From Archangiaceae bacterium (GTDB lineage Bacteria; Myxococcota; Myxococcia; Myxococcales; Myxococcaceae): DNA of 32,538 nt. The stretch lies in the NCBI GenBank assembly GCA_043776025.1, contig JAYVRT010000091.1, positions 1 through 32,538 of the forward strand, given 5' to 3'. Shown here piece by piece: positions 24,375 to 32,538 of the stretch (the first letter of the stretch is position 1; the number at the start of each line of letters is the position of its first letter). A program made the position numbers and the translations under genes. Below the pieces are notes generated by a model. That model was not told the DNA's origin, did not search any database, and saw only the letters and a list, made by a program, of their open reading frames with translations.

Positions 24375-25232
24375 GTGAATACGGTACTGTCCCGCCCGAT
24401 GATCGCCGCTGCGCTGATGGTGCTCGCCGCAACCGCCGACGCGGGCACCTCGCTGTGCGGCACTGCGCCCTGCCAGAGCTTCAAGACTTCGCGGGTGGCG
24501 TTCGAGCAGGTGCTCAAGGGCGACCCGCTGATTCTCGGCGTCGGCGAGTACCACGAGCTGCAGGGCAGCCCGAAGGTGAAGAGCGCGATCAAGCGCTTCA
24601 CCGAAGAGATGCTCCCGGTCCTCAAGGGCAAGGCGACCTCGCTGGTGGTCGAGACCTGGATGACCAACGGCCGCTGTGGCGAGGCGGAGAAGCAGGCGAC
24701 CGCCGAGGTGAAGAAGGTGACCCAGCGCCCCGACACCACCGAGGACGAGGTCACCACCCTGCTCGACCGCTCGTTCGACAACGGCCTGGCGAACCACATC
24801 CTGGTGCTGACCTGCGACGAGTACCGCTCGATGCTCGGCGACGATGGCACGCTCGACTCGGAGAAGAGCCTGAAGCTGGTGCGGCGGAAGATCGAAGAGA
24901 AGGCGCTCGAGGTGCGGGAGAAGGAAGAGGGCGGCCTGCCCGGCAAGCTGCTGGTGCTCTACGGCGGCGCGCTCCACAACGACCTGGTGCCGCTCGAGGA
25001 CTACAAGGACTACGCGTTCGGGCCTTCGCTCTCGAAGGCAATCGGCGGACGCTACCGGGAGCTCGACCTGCTCGTGCCCGAGTACGTCGAGAAGGACGAC
25101 GACCTGGTGAAGGAAGACTGGTTCGCTCCCGCGCTCAAGCTCGCCGGCTCCGGCGTCACCGTGCTCGTCAACCCGCACCCCGACGTCTTCATGCTCGTCT
25201 TTCCCCGCCGCAAGGGCCCCCACGCGCGGTAA
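24375..25232 (+). CDS. Secreted protein, possibly Tiki/ChaN-like (GxxH ... E ... GxxH) fold
   Basis: Signal peptide VNTVLSRPMIAAALMVLAATADA, using a GTG start with GGGAG 10 nt upstream. The motifs are VGEYHE, VVETW and YGGALHND. The order of motifs recalls the ChaN/TraB/GumN (Tiki) superfamily. This is a weak assignment. Confidence 0.35.
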   Translation: MNTVLSRPMIAAALMVLAATADAGTSLCGTAPCQSFKTSRVAFEQVLKGDPLILGVGEYHELQGSPKVKSAIKRFTEEMLPVLKGKATSLVVETWMTNGRCGEAEKQATAEVKKVTQRPDTTEDEVTTLLDRSFDNGLANHILVLTCDEYRSMLGDDGTLDSEKSLKLVRRKIEEKALEVREKEEGGLPGKLLVLYGGALHNDLVPLEDYKDYAFGPSLSKAIGGRYRELDLLVPEYVEKDDDLVKEDWFAPALKLAGSGVTVLVNPHPDVFMLVFPRRKGPHAR

Positions 25233-25241
25233 ACATCCTCC

Positions 25242-26174
25242 ATGCCCATGACCCGCTTCGCGATCGCCGCCGCCGTCCTCCTCAGCGCCCTCGCCTTCGC
25301 CGCCGAGAAGAAGCCGATCAAGTTCGGCATCGCCCAGCCGTACGGCGAAGAGCAGGCGGTCAAGGCGAAGGCAGTGATCGAGCCGTACCTGACCGCCGCG
25401 CTCGGCAGCCAGGTCACCGTCGTCATTCACCCCACCTACGAGGAGCTCTCCGAGGCGCTCGCGACCAACGCAGTGGACCTGGCGTGGATCACCCCGCTCG
25501 CCTTCGTCCGCGCGTCGCAGAAGAACCCCGACGTCGCCGCGCTGTCCAAAGCGATGCGCGCCGGAGACGGCAGCCTCTTCTACCGGTCGATCTTCATCGT
25601 GAAGAAGGACTCCCCGGCGCAGAAGCTGGCGGACCTGAAGGGCAAGAAGGTGGCGTGGGTGAACAAGATGTCGGCCTCGGGCTACCTCTTCCCGCGGGAG
25701 ATGGTCCGGCGCGAGGGGCTCGAGCCGGACAAGTTCTTCTCCGAGGAGAAGTTCGCCGGCGACCACCCTTCGGCGTGCAAGGCGGTGCGGGACGGCACGG
25801 TCGATGTCGCCGCGACGTTCGCCCGAGGCGCGAAGGAAGAGACCGAGCTCAAGGCCGACGGCTGTGAGGACACGGGAACGGTCACCGACTTCCGAATCAT
25901 CTCCTCCACCGGCTCGCTGCCCAACGAGGTGATCGCCGCCAGCCGCGACTTCCCCCCGCTGCGGTACAACGACGTCCTCGGCACCTTCGGCCGCATGGGG
26001 AAGACCGACGCCGGGAAGAAGGTGCTCAAGGAGGCGTTTCGCGCCGAGGGTTGGGGCGTCGCGGTCGACGGCGACTTCGCGCCGGTGCTCGAGCTGCTCA
26101 AGGTCAACGACGCCAAGGCGAAGGTCGCGCTGCCCGCGGGCCCGCCGGCACGCGAACCGAAGAAGTCGAAGTAG
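25242..26174 (+). CDS. PhnD/SsuA-type periplasmic substrate-binding protein (phosphonate/phosphite ABC-type SBP family)
   Basis: Signal peptide MPMTRFAIAAAVLLSALAFA. The motifs are KFGIAQPYG, YEELSEALATNAVDLAWITPLAFV, VAWVNKMSASGYLFP and VDVAATF, matching the PhnD-like pattern. No permease or ATPase gene is adjacent. Confidence 0.7.
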   Translation: MPMTRFAIAAAVLLSALAFAAEKKPIKFGIAQPYGEEQAVKAKAVIEPYLTAALGSQVTVVIHPTYEELSEALATNAVDLAWITPLAFVRASQKNPDVAALSKAMRAGDGSLFYRSIFIVKKDSPAQKLADLKGKKVAWVNKMSASGYLFPREMVRREGLEPDKFFSEEKFAGDHPSACKAVRDGTVDVAATFARGAKEETELKADGCEDTGTVTDFRIISSTGSLPNEVIAASRDFPPLRYNDVLGTFGRMGKTDAGKKVLKEAFRAEGWGVAVDGDFAPVLELLKVNDAKAKVALPAGPPAREPKKSK

Positions 26175-26178
26175 CCGC

Positions 26179-27342
26179 CTACGGCAGGTTGATGTTGTCC
26201 CAGCGAATCGTGGTGCTGGTCGCCTCGGGTTGGTAGGTGCCGGCGCCAAAACCCGCGGTCACGTCCTGCATCGACGTCCTCGCGGGCGTCATTGCCGAGC
26301 CGAGGTTGACGTAGGTTCCTGCGTCGTCCTGAAGGTCGAGGTACAGCGTCGAGGCCGATTCGCGCATCCGGAAGTGGCGGAGGTTCGAGAAGGGGAACGG
26401 TCCGATGATCGCGGTGTAGCTGCCGATCGCGTTGACGCCGTATTGGACGTAGACCGTGCCTCCCTGCGCGAGGATCGACAGGCACGGGTCGTCGCCGGGG
26501 AAGTGGCAGACCTGGGCGAAGGCCTGCATCGAGCCCAGGTTCTGGTTGCCGGCGCTCGCCAGCTCGACCCGAAGATCCGAGTCGGTCAGGTCGTACCGGC
26601 GGGCGGAGAAGATGCCCCCGTAGAACCCGGAGTCGGCAACCGTTGAAGCCTGCAGCCGGCCGTTGCTCACCGAGCAGGTCGAGTCGACGAAGCCCCAGAC
26701 CGACGCATCAAAGCCCCCGGAGTTGAAGTTCTCCTTGAGGGCGCTGACCTTCGGAATGCAGACGTCGCCGCCACAGCGCGCCGCGACACAGCCGGCGTCG
26801 CTGCTGCAGGTGGAAACGCAGTTCGCGCTGACGCCGTTGCACGCGAAGTCGTTGGGGCAGGCCGGAGCGGGCGCGCGGCCCAGCGGCCCGGTGGTGCACG
26901 CGCCGAGGCTACCTGGAACGTCGCAGAAGTCGCAGGCGCTGCCACAGGGGCTGTTGCAGCAGTAGCCATCGACGCACTGGTTTGATTGGCACTGAGCGGA
27001 AACCATGCAGGGATCGCCGTTCACCAGCGGGTTGGGCGCACCACCGCCGCCGCCACCTCCACCACCGGCTGCACCTCCACCACCGGCTGCACCTCCACCC
27101 CCGGCTGCACCTCCGCCACCCGAAGCACCTCCGCCCCCCGCTGCACCTCCGCCGCCCCCCGTGCTGCCGCCCCCAGCGCCGCCGACTCCGCCGCCCTCGA
27201 CGCACTCACCGCCAACGCAGCCGTAGCCGTCGGCACACTCCGCGTTGCTGGCGCACTGGAAGCGCCGCTTCGAGAGGTCTTCGCCACCCAGCGGGCACGC
27301 AAGCACGGACAGCGCGTACGCGATGGGCAGGAGCCTCTTCAT
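26179..27342 (-). CDS. Lipoprotein with a Gly/Ala repeat tract, a Cys-rich region and a C-terminal jelly-roll-like (ConA/LamG-like) domain
   Basis: Lipobox VLAC (MKRLLPIAYALSVLAC). The repeat tract is GGGGAAGGGGASGGGGAAGGGGAAGGGGAAGGGGGGGGG. The Cys-rich block is CQSNQCVDGYCCNSPCGSACDFC.... The beta-rich C-terminal 190 aa ends in TIRWDNINLP. The fold call is tentative. Confidence 0.6.
   Translation of the reverse strand: MKRLLPIAYALSVLACPLGGEDLSKRRFQCASNAECADGYGCVGGECVEGGGVGGAGGGSTGGGGGAAGGGGASGGGGAAGGGGAAGGGGAAGGGGGGGGGAPNPLVNGDPCMVSAQCQSNQCVDGYCCNSPCGSACDFCDVPGSLGACTTGPLGRAPAPACPNDFACNGVSANCVSTCSSDAGCVAARCGGDVCIPKVSALKENFNSGGFDASVWGFVDSTCSVSNGRLQASTVADSGFYGGIFSARRYDLTDSDLRVELASAGNQNLGSMQAFAQVCHFPGDDPCLSILAQGGTVYVQYGVNAIGSYTAIIGPFPFSNLRHFRMRESASTLYLDLQDDAGTYVNLGSAMTPARTSMQDVTAGFGAGTYQPEATSTTIRWDNINLP
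27054..27161 (-). repeat. Tandem 18-bp repeat, about 6 units (2 identical, the others diverged), encoding (GGGGAA)n
   Basis: Plus-strand units: 27054-27071 and 27072-27089 are identical (cacctccaccaccggctg). 27090-27107 differs by 1 nt. 27108-27161 holds three diverged units. The unit length keeps the reading frame. Confidence 0.85.
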
Positions 27343-27391
27343 CGGGGAACGAACCAGTGTACCGCCAGGAGGATTCGATCGAAAGACGCGC

Positions 27392-28408
27392 TCAGTAGAC
27401 GTTGAACTGCGCGCGCAGCGCTTCGTGCTCGGCCGCGTTGCGCGATGGGTGCAGCTTCTTGTTGGCGTCGTGGAGGTAGTACCAATACTCGTTCGTCTCT
27501 GGGTGCGCCGCCGCGAGCAGGGAGTCGAGCGTCGCTGCGCCGAGCGGCCCGGGAGGCAGCCCCGCCTTGGTCCGCGAGTTCCAGGGGTCGTCGGGGTTGC
27601 GCAGCCTCGCGAGGAACGCCTTCTTGTCGTTCCACTCGTCGAGCTCGTACCGGCTGGTGGCGTCGACGCCCAGCGGCGTCCCGCGATCGAACCGCTTCCA
27701 CAAAATCCCCGCGACGATGTTCCGGTTGCTCGGGGTGGGCTCCTCGCGCTCGAGCATCGACGCCATGATCACCACCTGGTCCAGGGTGCGCTTGCTCGCG
27801 TCGAGCTCCGCCTTGTGCGGCGTGTAGAAACGCTCACCGAACATGTCGAGCTGCCGCTGAATCAGCGCCTCGACGTCGACGGCGCCGATGGGGAACCGGT
27901 AGGTCTCCGGGTAGAGGTAGCCCTCGAGCGTCGTCGTCGGCAGGGGGAAGACTGCGTGGAAGTGCGACGGATTTCCCGCCGCGCGCAGGTACGCCCCGCT
28001 CTTGCACAGGCCCTTCTCCGCCAGCGCCTTGTCGGTGTCGCGCAGCCGCCAACCCTCGACGACGACAAACGCCTGGTCCTCGACCATCGGAGGCGCCTCG
28101 AGCACCTCGGCCAGCTGCGCCGGCGTGAGGCGGGGGCTGACGAGGTGCTTGCCCGCCTTGGGGTTGAGCGCGCCCCGGCGCCAGAGAAACCACCGCCAGC
28201 CCAGCGCATTGGCGATCAACCCCTTGCTCAGCAGCACCGGCCCGAGCGAACGGCCGGTCATCCCCCTGGTCACCGCCAGCTCAAAGTCCGACGCGTCCTT
28301 CGGGCCCACCGCCTCGTTCGCCAGCCCGTTGAGCCAGAAGACCCCGCCGCCGACCGCGAGCGCCCCGAGCACCAGCAGCGCGAAGAGAACCTTGAGAAGC
28401 CGTTTCAT
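27392..28408 (-). CDS. mltG: Endolytic murein transglycosylase MltG (YceG family)
   Basis: The 338-aa product has an N-terminal TM helix (LLKVLFALLVLGALAVGGGVF). YceG signatures are present: EGYLYPETY, ASMLEREE, and SRYELDEWND...NSRTKAGLPPGP. Confidence 0.85.
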   Translation of the reverse strand: MKRLLKVLFALLVLGALAVGGGVFWLNGLANEAVGPKDASDFELAVTRGMTGRSLGPVLLSKGLIANALGWRWFLWRRGALNPKAGKHLVSPRLTPAQLAEVLEAPPMVEDQAFVVVEGWRLRDTDKALAEKGLCKSGAYLRAAGNPSHFHAVFPLPTTTLEGYLYPETYRFPIGAVDVEALIQRQLDMFGERFYTPHKAELDASKRTLDQVVIMASMLEREEPTPSNRNIVAGILWKRFDRGTPLGVDATSRYELDEWNDKKAFLARLRNPDDPWNSRTKAGLPPGPLGAATLDSLLAAAHPETNEYWYYLHDANKKLHPSRNAAEHEALRAQFNVY

Positions 28409-28431
28409 GGGCGGGCACAATAACCTCAACC

Positions 28432-28854
28432 ATGCGGCCCCACAGGTTTGCCGTTCTGATGTTGCTGACGCTCGCCGCCTGCGCCGACAACCTGGTGCCG
28501 CTGACGGCCCACTGGAACCAGGCCCAGGGGGTGATGCTCAAGCGCATCGCTGAGCTCAAGGGTTCGGTGGCCGACCTCCGGCGCAACGTGGTCGAGTCGC
28601 AGGCGATGGCGATCAACAACTTTCAGACCGACGAAGTGCGGCAGTCGCTGCGCGAGTTCGAGCAGGGCGTCGCCGACGTCGAGCTGCTGTTTCAGGTCAA
28701 CGACACGGTGGTCTCCGAGGCGCTGCAGAGCGGAAAGCTGGCGACCGCCAGGCCCGCGGTCGACCGCGCGGAGAACGACTTCGACGCCGCAGTGGCGCGG
28801 CTGTACCCGATGCCGGCGCAGATCCACGCCGCGCTGGGAAAAACCCACCGCTGA
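28432..28854 (+). CDS. Small helical lipoprotein, unknown function
   Basis: Lipobox LAAC (MRPHRFAVLMLLTLAAC). The 140-aa product is predicted to be helical. It is divergent from mltG with only a 23-nt gap. Confidence 0.55.
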   Translation: MRPHRFAVLMLLTLAACADNLVPLTAHWNQAQGVMLKRIAELKGSVADLRRNVVESQAMAINNFQTDEVRQSLREFEQGVADVELLFQVNDTVVSEALQSGKLATARPAVDRAENDFDAAVARLYPMPAQIHAALGKTHR

Positions 28855-28895
28855 CCGCGAGCCGCGCCGCCTCTTGCGGGTAAGGTGCGCGCCCC

Positions 28896-31583
28896 ATGCG
28901 CTCTTCCCTTGCGACGCTGCTGGTGCTTTCCGCCTGTGTCACGACTCCTGAGCCGGCGCCGACCCCGGTCGAGAGCAAGCCTGCCCCCGCCCCCGCCCCG
29001 AAGGTCCTCGCCGAGGCGCCGAAGCTGCGGCTGCCTCAGTGGGCGAAGCCGCTGGCCTACGAGCTGAACGTGCGCGTCATCCCCGGAGAGGACGGCTTCT
29101 CCGGCGAGCTCAAGGTGCAGATCGAGCTGGCGCACGCCACCGACGTTCTCTGGCTCAACGGCACCAACCTCACCATCGACAGCGCCGAGGTCGACGCGAC
29201 GAAGGCGTCGGGCCGCGTCGCGAGCAAGGACTTCCTCGCCATCGACCTGCCGAGTCAGGTCGGGCCCGGCACGGTGACCCTGCACCTGCGCTACCACGGG
29301 GTGCAGAGCCGCAAGGAAGGCGCCGGATTGTTCCAGGTGCACGAGGCCGACCTCGACTACGCCTTCACCCACTTCGAGCCGCTCGACGCGCGCCGCGCCT
29401 TCCCTTGCTTCGATGAGCCGGGCTTCAAGGTGCCGTGGACGGTGTCGCTGACGGTGAAGAAGGACCAGCTGGCGTTTGGCAACATGCCGGTCGCCTCGCA
29501 GACCGAAGAGGCGGGGGGGATGAAGAAGGTCACCTTCGCGAAGACGCCGCCGCTGCCCAGCTACCTCGTCGCTTTCGCCGCGGGCCCGTTCGAGCGGGTC
29601 GACGCCGGGACCTGGGGCCAGAAGAAGACGCCGGTGGGGATCATCGTGCCCAAGGGGAAGGCCGCCTGGGCCAAGTGGGCGGTCGAATCCACCGGGCCAA
29701 TCCTCGAGCAGCACGAGGCGTACTTCGGCATCCCCTACCCCTACGAGAAGCTGGACCACATCGCGGTGCCGTTGAGCATGGGCGCGATGGAGAACCCGGG
29801 CCTCATCACCTACGGCCACCAGCTGATGCTCTCCCGCCCCGGAGAGGACACGGTGAGCCAGCAGCGCGGCTACGCCTCGGTCTGCGCCCATGAACTGGCG
29901 CACCTGTGGTTCGGGGACCTCGTCACCACCGCCTGGTGGGACGACATCTGGCTCAACGAAGCCTTCGCCACCTGGGCGTCGGGCCAGCTGCTGCTCCACT
30001 GGAAGCCGGCGTGGCAGCAGGACGTGGGCATCGTGCAGACCCGCAGCGGCGCGGCGCAGACCGACGCGCTCGGCAGCGCCCGGCGAATCCGCCAGCCGAT
30101 CGAGACCAACGACGACGTGGTCAACGCCTTCGACGGCATCACCTACGGCAAGGGCGCGTCGGTGATCGCGATGTTCGAGTCGTACCTCACGCCCGCGGTC
30201 TTTCAGAAGGGCGTCCACCGCTACCTCACCGAGCACGCGCACGGGAACGCGACCGCCTCGGACTTCCTCGGGGCGCTGGGCAAGGAAGCGGGCCAGGACG
30301 TCGGCGCTTCGTTCTCCACCTTTCTCGAACAGGCAGGCGTGCCGTTGGTCGACGTCGCGCTCTCCTGCCCCAAGCGCGGCGCGCCGTCGGTGAAGCTGTC
30401 GCAGAAGCGCTACCTCCCGGCGGGGAGCGCGGTGCAAGGGACGCAGACCTGGCAGCTGCCGGTGTGTCTGCGCTGGGGCAGCAAGGGCAAGAGCGAAGGC
30501 CACGCCTGCACGATGCTCACCGAGGCGGCGCTGGACTTCCCGCTCGCCGGAGCCAAGGCCTGCCCGCAGTGGGTGCTGCCCAACGACGGGATGCACGGGT
30601 ACTACCGGTCGCGGCTTGCCGAGAAAGGCGCGCTGGTGAAGCTGTTCGACGCCGGCGGCAAGCAGCTGTCGATGGCAGAGAAGGTCGGCCTCCTGGGCGA
30701 CTTGAGCGCGCTGGTGCGCTCGGCCGACGTCGAGCTGAGCGAAGCGCTGGCGCTGGTTCCGAAGCTGGTCGCCGAGGACAACCGCCACACGCTCGGTGCG
30801 GCGGCGGGCTACGTCGGCGGCCTGGGCGGCGACTTTCTCCCCGAGGCCCTGCGGCCCAAATACGAAGAGCTGGTGCGCAAGAGCTTCGGCCCGCGGGCGA
30901 AGGCGCTCGGCTTCACCGTCGGCCCGAAGGACGACGACGACGTCCGGCTGCTTCGCCCGATGATGCTGGGGATGGCCGGCCGCGAGGGAAAGGAGCCGGC
31001 GATCCGCAAGGAGGCGGTCAAGCTCGCGACCGCCTGGCTGGCCGACCGGAAGGCGGTCCACGCCGACGTCATCGACACCGTGCTCGGAATCGCGATCGAC
31101 GAGGGCGGCGCGGACTTCTACGACAAGCTGCTCGCCGCCGCGAAGGCGGAGAAGGACCGCCGGGACCGGGTGCGGATGATCGGCGCGCTCGGCTCGACGC
31201 GCGACCCGGCGCTCAGCGCCCGCGGCCTGCCGCTGGCGCTCGGCGCCGACTTCGATGCCCGCGAGTCGTTGAGCTTCATGTGGGGCGCCACCGGCGACTT
31301 CCGCACCCGGCCGCTCGCACTCGCCTTCGTCAAGGAGCACTTCGACGAGCTCGTCGCCCGGCTCCCGAAGGACTCCGGCGCGAACCTCGCCTACGTCACC
31401 AGCTCCTTCTGCGATGCAAAGACCCGCTCCGAGGCCGAGGCGTTCTTCAACGGCCGCTCGACGAAGTACACCGGTGGCCCGCGCAACCTCGCCCAGGCGC
31501 TGGAGTACGTCGACCTCTGCATCGCCTACCGCGCCCGCCAGCAGCCGGTGGCAGCGGCGTTCATGGAGAAGTGGAGGAAGTAG
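28896..31583 (+). CDS. pepN: M1-family zinc aminopeptidase (aminopeptidase N-like), lipoprotein
   Basis: Lipobox LSAC, then a Pro/Ala linker. The GAMEN exopeptidase motif (GAMENPG) and the HExxH-x18-E zinc site (HELAHLWFGD...WLNEAFA) are present. The C-terminal part resembles an ERAP1-like helical domain. Confidence 0.9.
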   Translation: MRSSLATLLVLSACVTTPEPAPTPVESKPAPAPAPKVLAEAPKLRLPQWAKPLAYELNVRVIPGEDGFSGELKVQIELAHATDVLWLNGTNLTIDSAEVDATKASGRVASKDFLAIDLPSQVGPGTVTLHLRYHGVQSRKEGAGLFQVHEADLDYAFTHFEPLDARRAFPCFDEPGFKVPWTVSLTVKKDQLAFGNMPVASQTEEAGGMKKVTFAKTPPLPSYLVAFAAGPFERVDAGTWGQKKTPVGIIVPKGKAAWAKWAVESTGPILEQHEAYFGIPYPYEKLDHIAVPLSMGAMENPGLITYGHQLMLSRPGEDTVSQQRGYASVCAHELAHLWFGDLVTTAWWDDIWLNEAFATWASGQLLLHWKPAWQQDVGIVQTRSGAAQTDALGSARRIRQPIETNDDVVNAFDGITYGKGASVIAMFESYLTPAVFQKGVHRYLTEHAHGNATASDFLGALGKEAGQDVGASFSTFLEQAGVPLVDVALSCPKRGAPSVKLSQKRYLPAGSAVQGTQTWQLPVCLRWGSKGKSEGHACTMLTEAALDFPLAGAKACPQWVLPNDGMHGYYRSRLAEKGALVKLFDAGGKQLSMAEKVGLLGDLSALVRSADVELSEALALVPKLVAEDNRHTLGAAAGYVGGLGGDFLPEALRPKYEELVRKSFGPRAKALGFTVGPKDDDDVRLLRPMMLGMAGREGKEPAIRKEAVKLATAWLADRKAVHADVIDTVLGIAIDEGGADFYDKLLAAAKAEKDRRDRVRMIGALGSTRDPALSARGLPLALGADFDARESLSFMWGATGDFRTRPLALAFVKEHFDELVARLPKDSGANLAYVTSSFCDAKTRSEAEAFFNGRSTKYTGGPRNLAQALEYVDLCIAYRARQQPVAAAFMEKWRK

Positions 31584-31588
31584 CTGCT

Positions 31589-31617
31589 TTGCCAAATTTT
31601 GCCATGGCGGATATCCT
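31589..31617 (+). promoter_or_regulatory. Candidate parDE promoter and operator: direct repeat TTGCCA-N4-TTGCCA with -10 TATCCT
   Basis: TTGCCA occurs at 31589-31594 and 31599-31604 (10-bp period). TATCCT at 31612-31617 lies 17 nt after the first TTGCCA. Only 8 nt separate it from ATG 31626. Confidence 0.35.
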
Positions 31618-31625
31618 CTGAAGCC

Positions 31626-31859
31626 ATGAGCACGATGAACATCTCGCTGCCCGGCACGCTGAAGGCTTTCGTCGACCGCCGAATCGCCGAAGGCCACTAT
31701 GGAACGTCCAGCGAGTACCTGCGGGAGTTGATCCGAAAGGACCAGGCGCGGCTGGAGCTTCGCCGGCTGATCCTTCAGGGACTCGAGTCGAGGCCGATCG
31801 GCGGTCCGACAAAGGCGTACTGGGCCGCCAAGCGAAAGGCATTCACTCGCAAGCCGTGA
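31626..31859 (+). CDS. parD: Type II antitoxin, ParD family (ribbon-helix-helix)
   Basis: The 77-aa product is MSTMNISLPGTLKAFVDRRIAEGHYGTSSEYLRELIRKDQ, matching the ParD_antitoxin pattern (vsLp..l..fv...v..G.Y.s.SEy.R.LiR). GTGA overlap with the toxin gene. Confidence 0.8.
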   Translation: MSTMNISLPGTLKAFVDRRIAEGHYGTSSEYLRELIRKDQARLELRRLILQGLESRPIGGPTKAYWAAKRKAFTRKP

Positions 31860-32170
31860 AGAAGCCGGTCGTGCTTCGCGCGAAGGCCGACGCTGACATC
31901 GACGCCGCGCTCGAGCACTGCCTGGCTGAAGCGCCCCAGCGGGTCGATGGGCTGTTGACTGCGTTTGAGTCGATCATCTCCTCGATCGGGAACGCCCCGA
32001 GAATGGGGTCCCCCCGCTACGCTGAAGCGCTCGAACTGCCCGGCCTTCGCTGTCGAATGACTCGAAGATTCCGGTATCTGGTCTTTTACATCGAGGGTGC
32101 GGACGAGATCTCCGTGCTCCGCGTCCTTCACCAGAGCCGCGACCTCCCGGCGGGGTTCGTCGCCGAGTAG
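31856..32170 (+). CDS. parE: Type II toxin, RelE/ParE family
   Basis: The 104-aa product has a D-I-D-x-A motif near the N-terminus (AKADADIDAALEH), then RFRYLVFYIEGADEISVLRVLHQSRDL. This matches the typical ParE C-terminal pattern (y.i.Y....d.i.i.rvlH..rd). Confidence 0.8.
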   Translation: MKKPVVLRAKADADIDAALEHCLAEAPQRVDGLLTAFESIISSIGNAPRMGSPRYAEALELPGLRCRMTRRFRYLVFYIEGADEISVLRVLHQSRDLPAGFVAE

Positions 32171-32338
32171 GCGCTCGACCGACGGTTCGGGACGCCCGGT
32201 TCACCAAGCAAGACGAGTGGTTACAGCAAAGCGTCGCGGGGATTAAACGAGCGATGAGAAAGATCGATGAGTTCGACGCCCGCCTGGGGTCTGTACGCGC
32301 GGCTCCACCTCACGGGGCCCGACAACCAAGGAAGGGGC

Positions 32339-32538
32339 ATGGATTCGAAGCTCGAAGCGAACAAGACCCTCGTGCGCCGGTTCGTCCAGGAAGTGAAGAA
32401 CGACCGGAAGCTGGACAAGATCGGCGAGTTCTTCGCCGCCGACTACAAGGAGCACAACGAGACGGTCGCCTCGTTTGGCGGAGGCGCGGCCGGGTACGGG
32501 CGCTTTCTCAACCACCTCTTCACCGGCTTCCCCGACGA
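32339..32538 (+). CDS. SnoaL-like / predicted ester-cyclase (NTF2-fold) protein, N-terminal fragment running off the right edge
   Basis: Open-ended and therefore not in the ORF track. The translation begins MDSKLEANKTLVRRFVQEVKNDRKLDKIGEFFAADYKEHNE, a typical SnoaL_2/ester-cyclase N-terminus. GGAAGGGG SD lies just upstream of ATG 32339. Confidence 0.65.
   Translation, partial: MDSKLEANKTLVRRFVQEVKNDRKLDKIGEFFAADYKEHNETVASFGGGAAGYGRFLNHLFTGFPD

Noticed and set aside
27005-27226. Plus-strand ORFs encoding poly-Pro/Ala tracts (for example 27005-27226 and 26982-27405).
   Set aside because: They are the mirror image of the minus-strand Gly/Ala repeat in the lipoprotein gene, which has a signal peptide, a lipobox and structured downstream domains.
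28692-31697. A 1001-aa minus-strand ORF antisense to the M1 aminopeptidase. Similar long antisense ORFs occur at 24279-26249, 522-1724, 6324-8126, 9413-10819 and 10870-12063.
   Set aside because: These are stop-poor antisense frames, which are expected at about 70% GC. Their translations are R/G/A/P/E/L-biased with no motifs. The opposite-strand genes carry clear catalytic signatures (GAMEN/HExxH, PhnD, CarH and others).
32221-32515. Minus-strand ORFs at 32221-32418 and 32243-32515, and a plus-strand ATG at 32254 (MRKIDEFDARLG...).
   Set aside because: They are antisense to, or out of frame with, the SnoaL-like gene starting at 32339, which has a good SD and a recognisable N-terminus. Their translations are Arg-rich with no motifs.

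Overview
This is a high-GC (about 70%) bacterial chromosome segment with Myxococcota hallmarks: a MYXO-CTERM-like sorting signal, many lipoproteins, a CarH-type regulator and pervasive 4-nt gene overlaps.

Positions 1-12195 form a two-operon carotenoid supercluster arranged around one short AT-rich control region (8906-8966).
- The leftward operon is crtE-crtI-crtB-crtD-crtC, then a GT2 glycosyltransferase, an acyltransferase, carH and a second crtI-like gene. All eight junctions are ATGA or GTGA overlaps.
- The rightward operon is a Cys-less peroxiredoxin-fold secreted protein, a CrtU-like flavoprotein and crtY.

The rest (12.2-32.5 kb) looks like ordinary core and envelope genes:
- a TPR membrane protein coupled to an unknown 133-aa protein
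- a YkgJ Cys-cluster protein
- a matrixin metalloprotease with an oddly internal MYXO-CTERM-like signal
- a DUF1348 protein
- an ECF sigma factor with an NTF2-like C-terminal extension
- a TerB-like protein plus a lipoprotein
- a DUF362 protein
- a DAG-kinase-like lipid kinase plus an SDR
- an HHxxxDG acyltransferase
- a Tiki/ChaN-like protein plus an orphan PhnD-type binding protein
- a Gly-repeat lipoprotein
- MltG and an M1 aminopeptidase
- a parDE toxin-antitoxin pair
- a truncated SnoaL-like gene

I saw no rRNA, tRNA, CRISPR array, transposase or integrase. All functional calls come from recognising motifs and families by eye in the supplied translations. No database search was possible, and start codons were chosen from overlap geometry, Shine-Dalgarno sequences and GC3.
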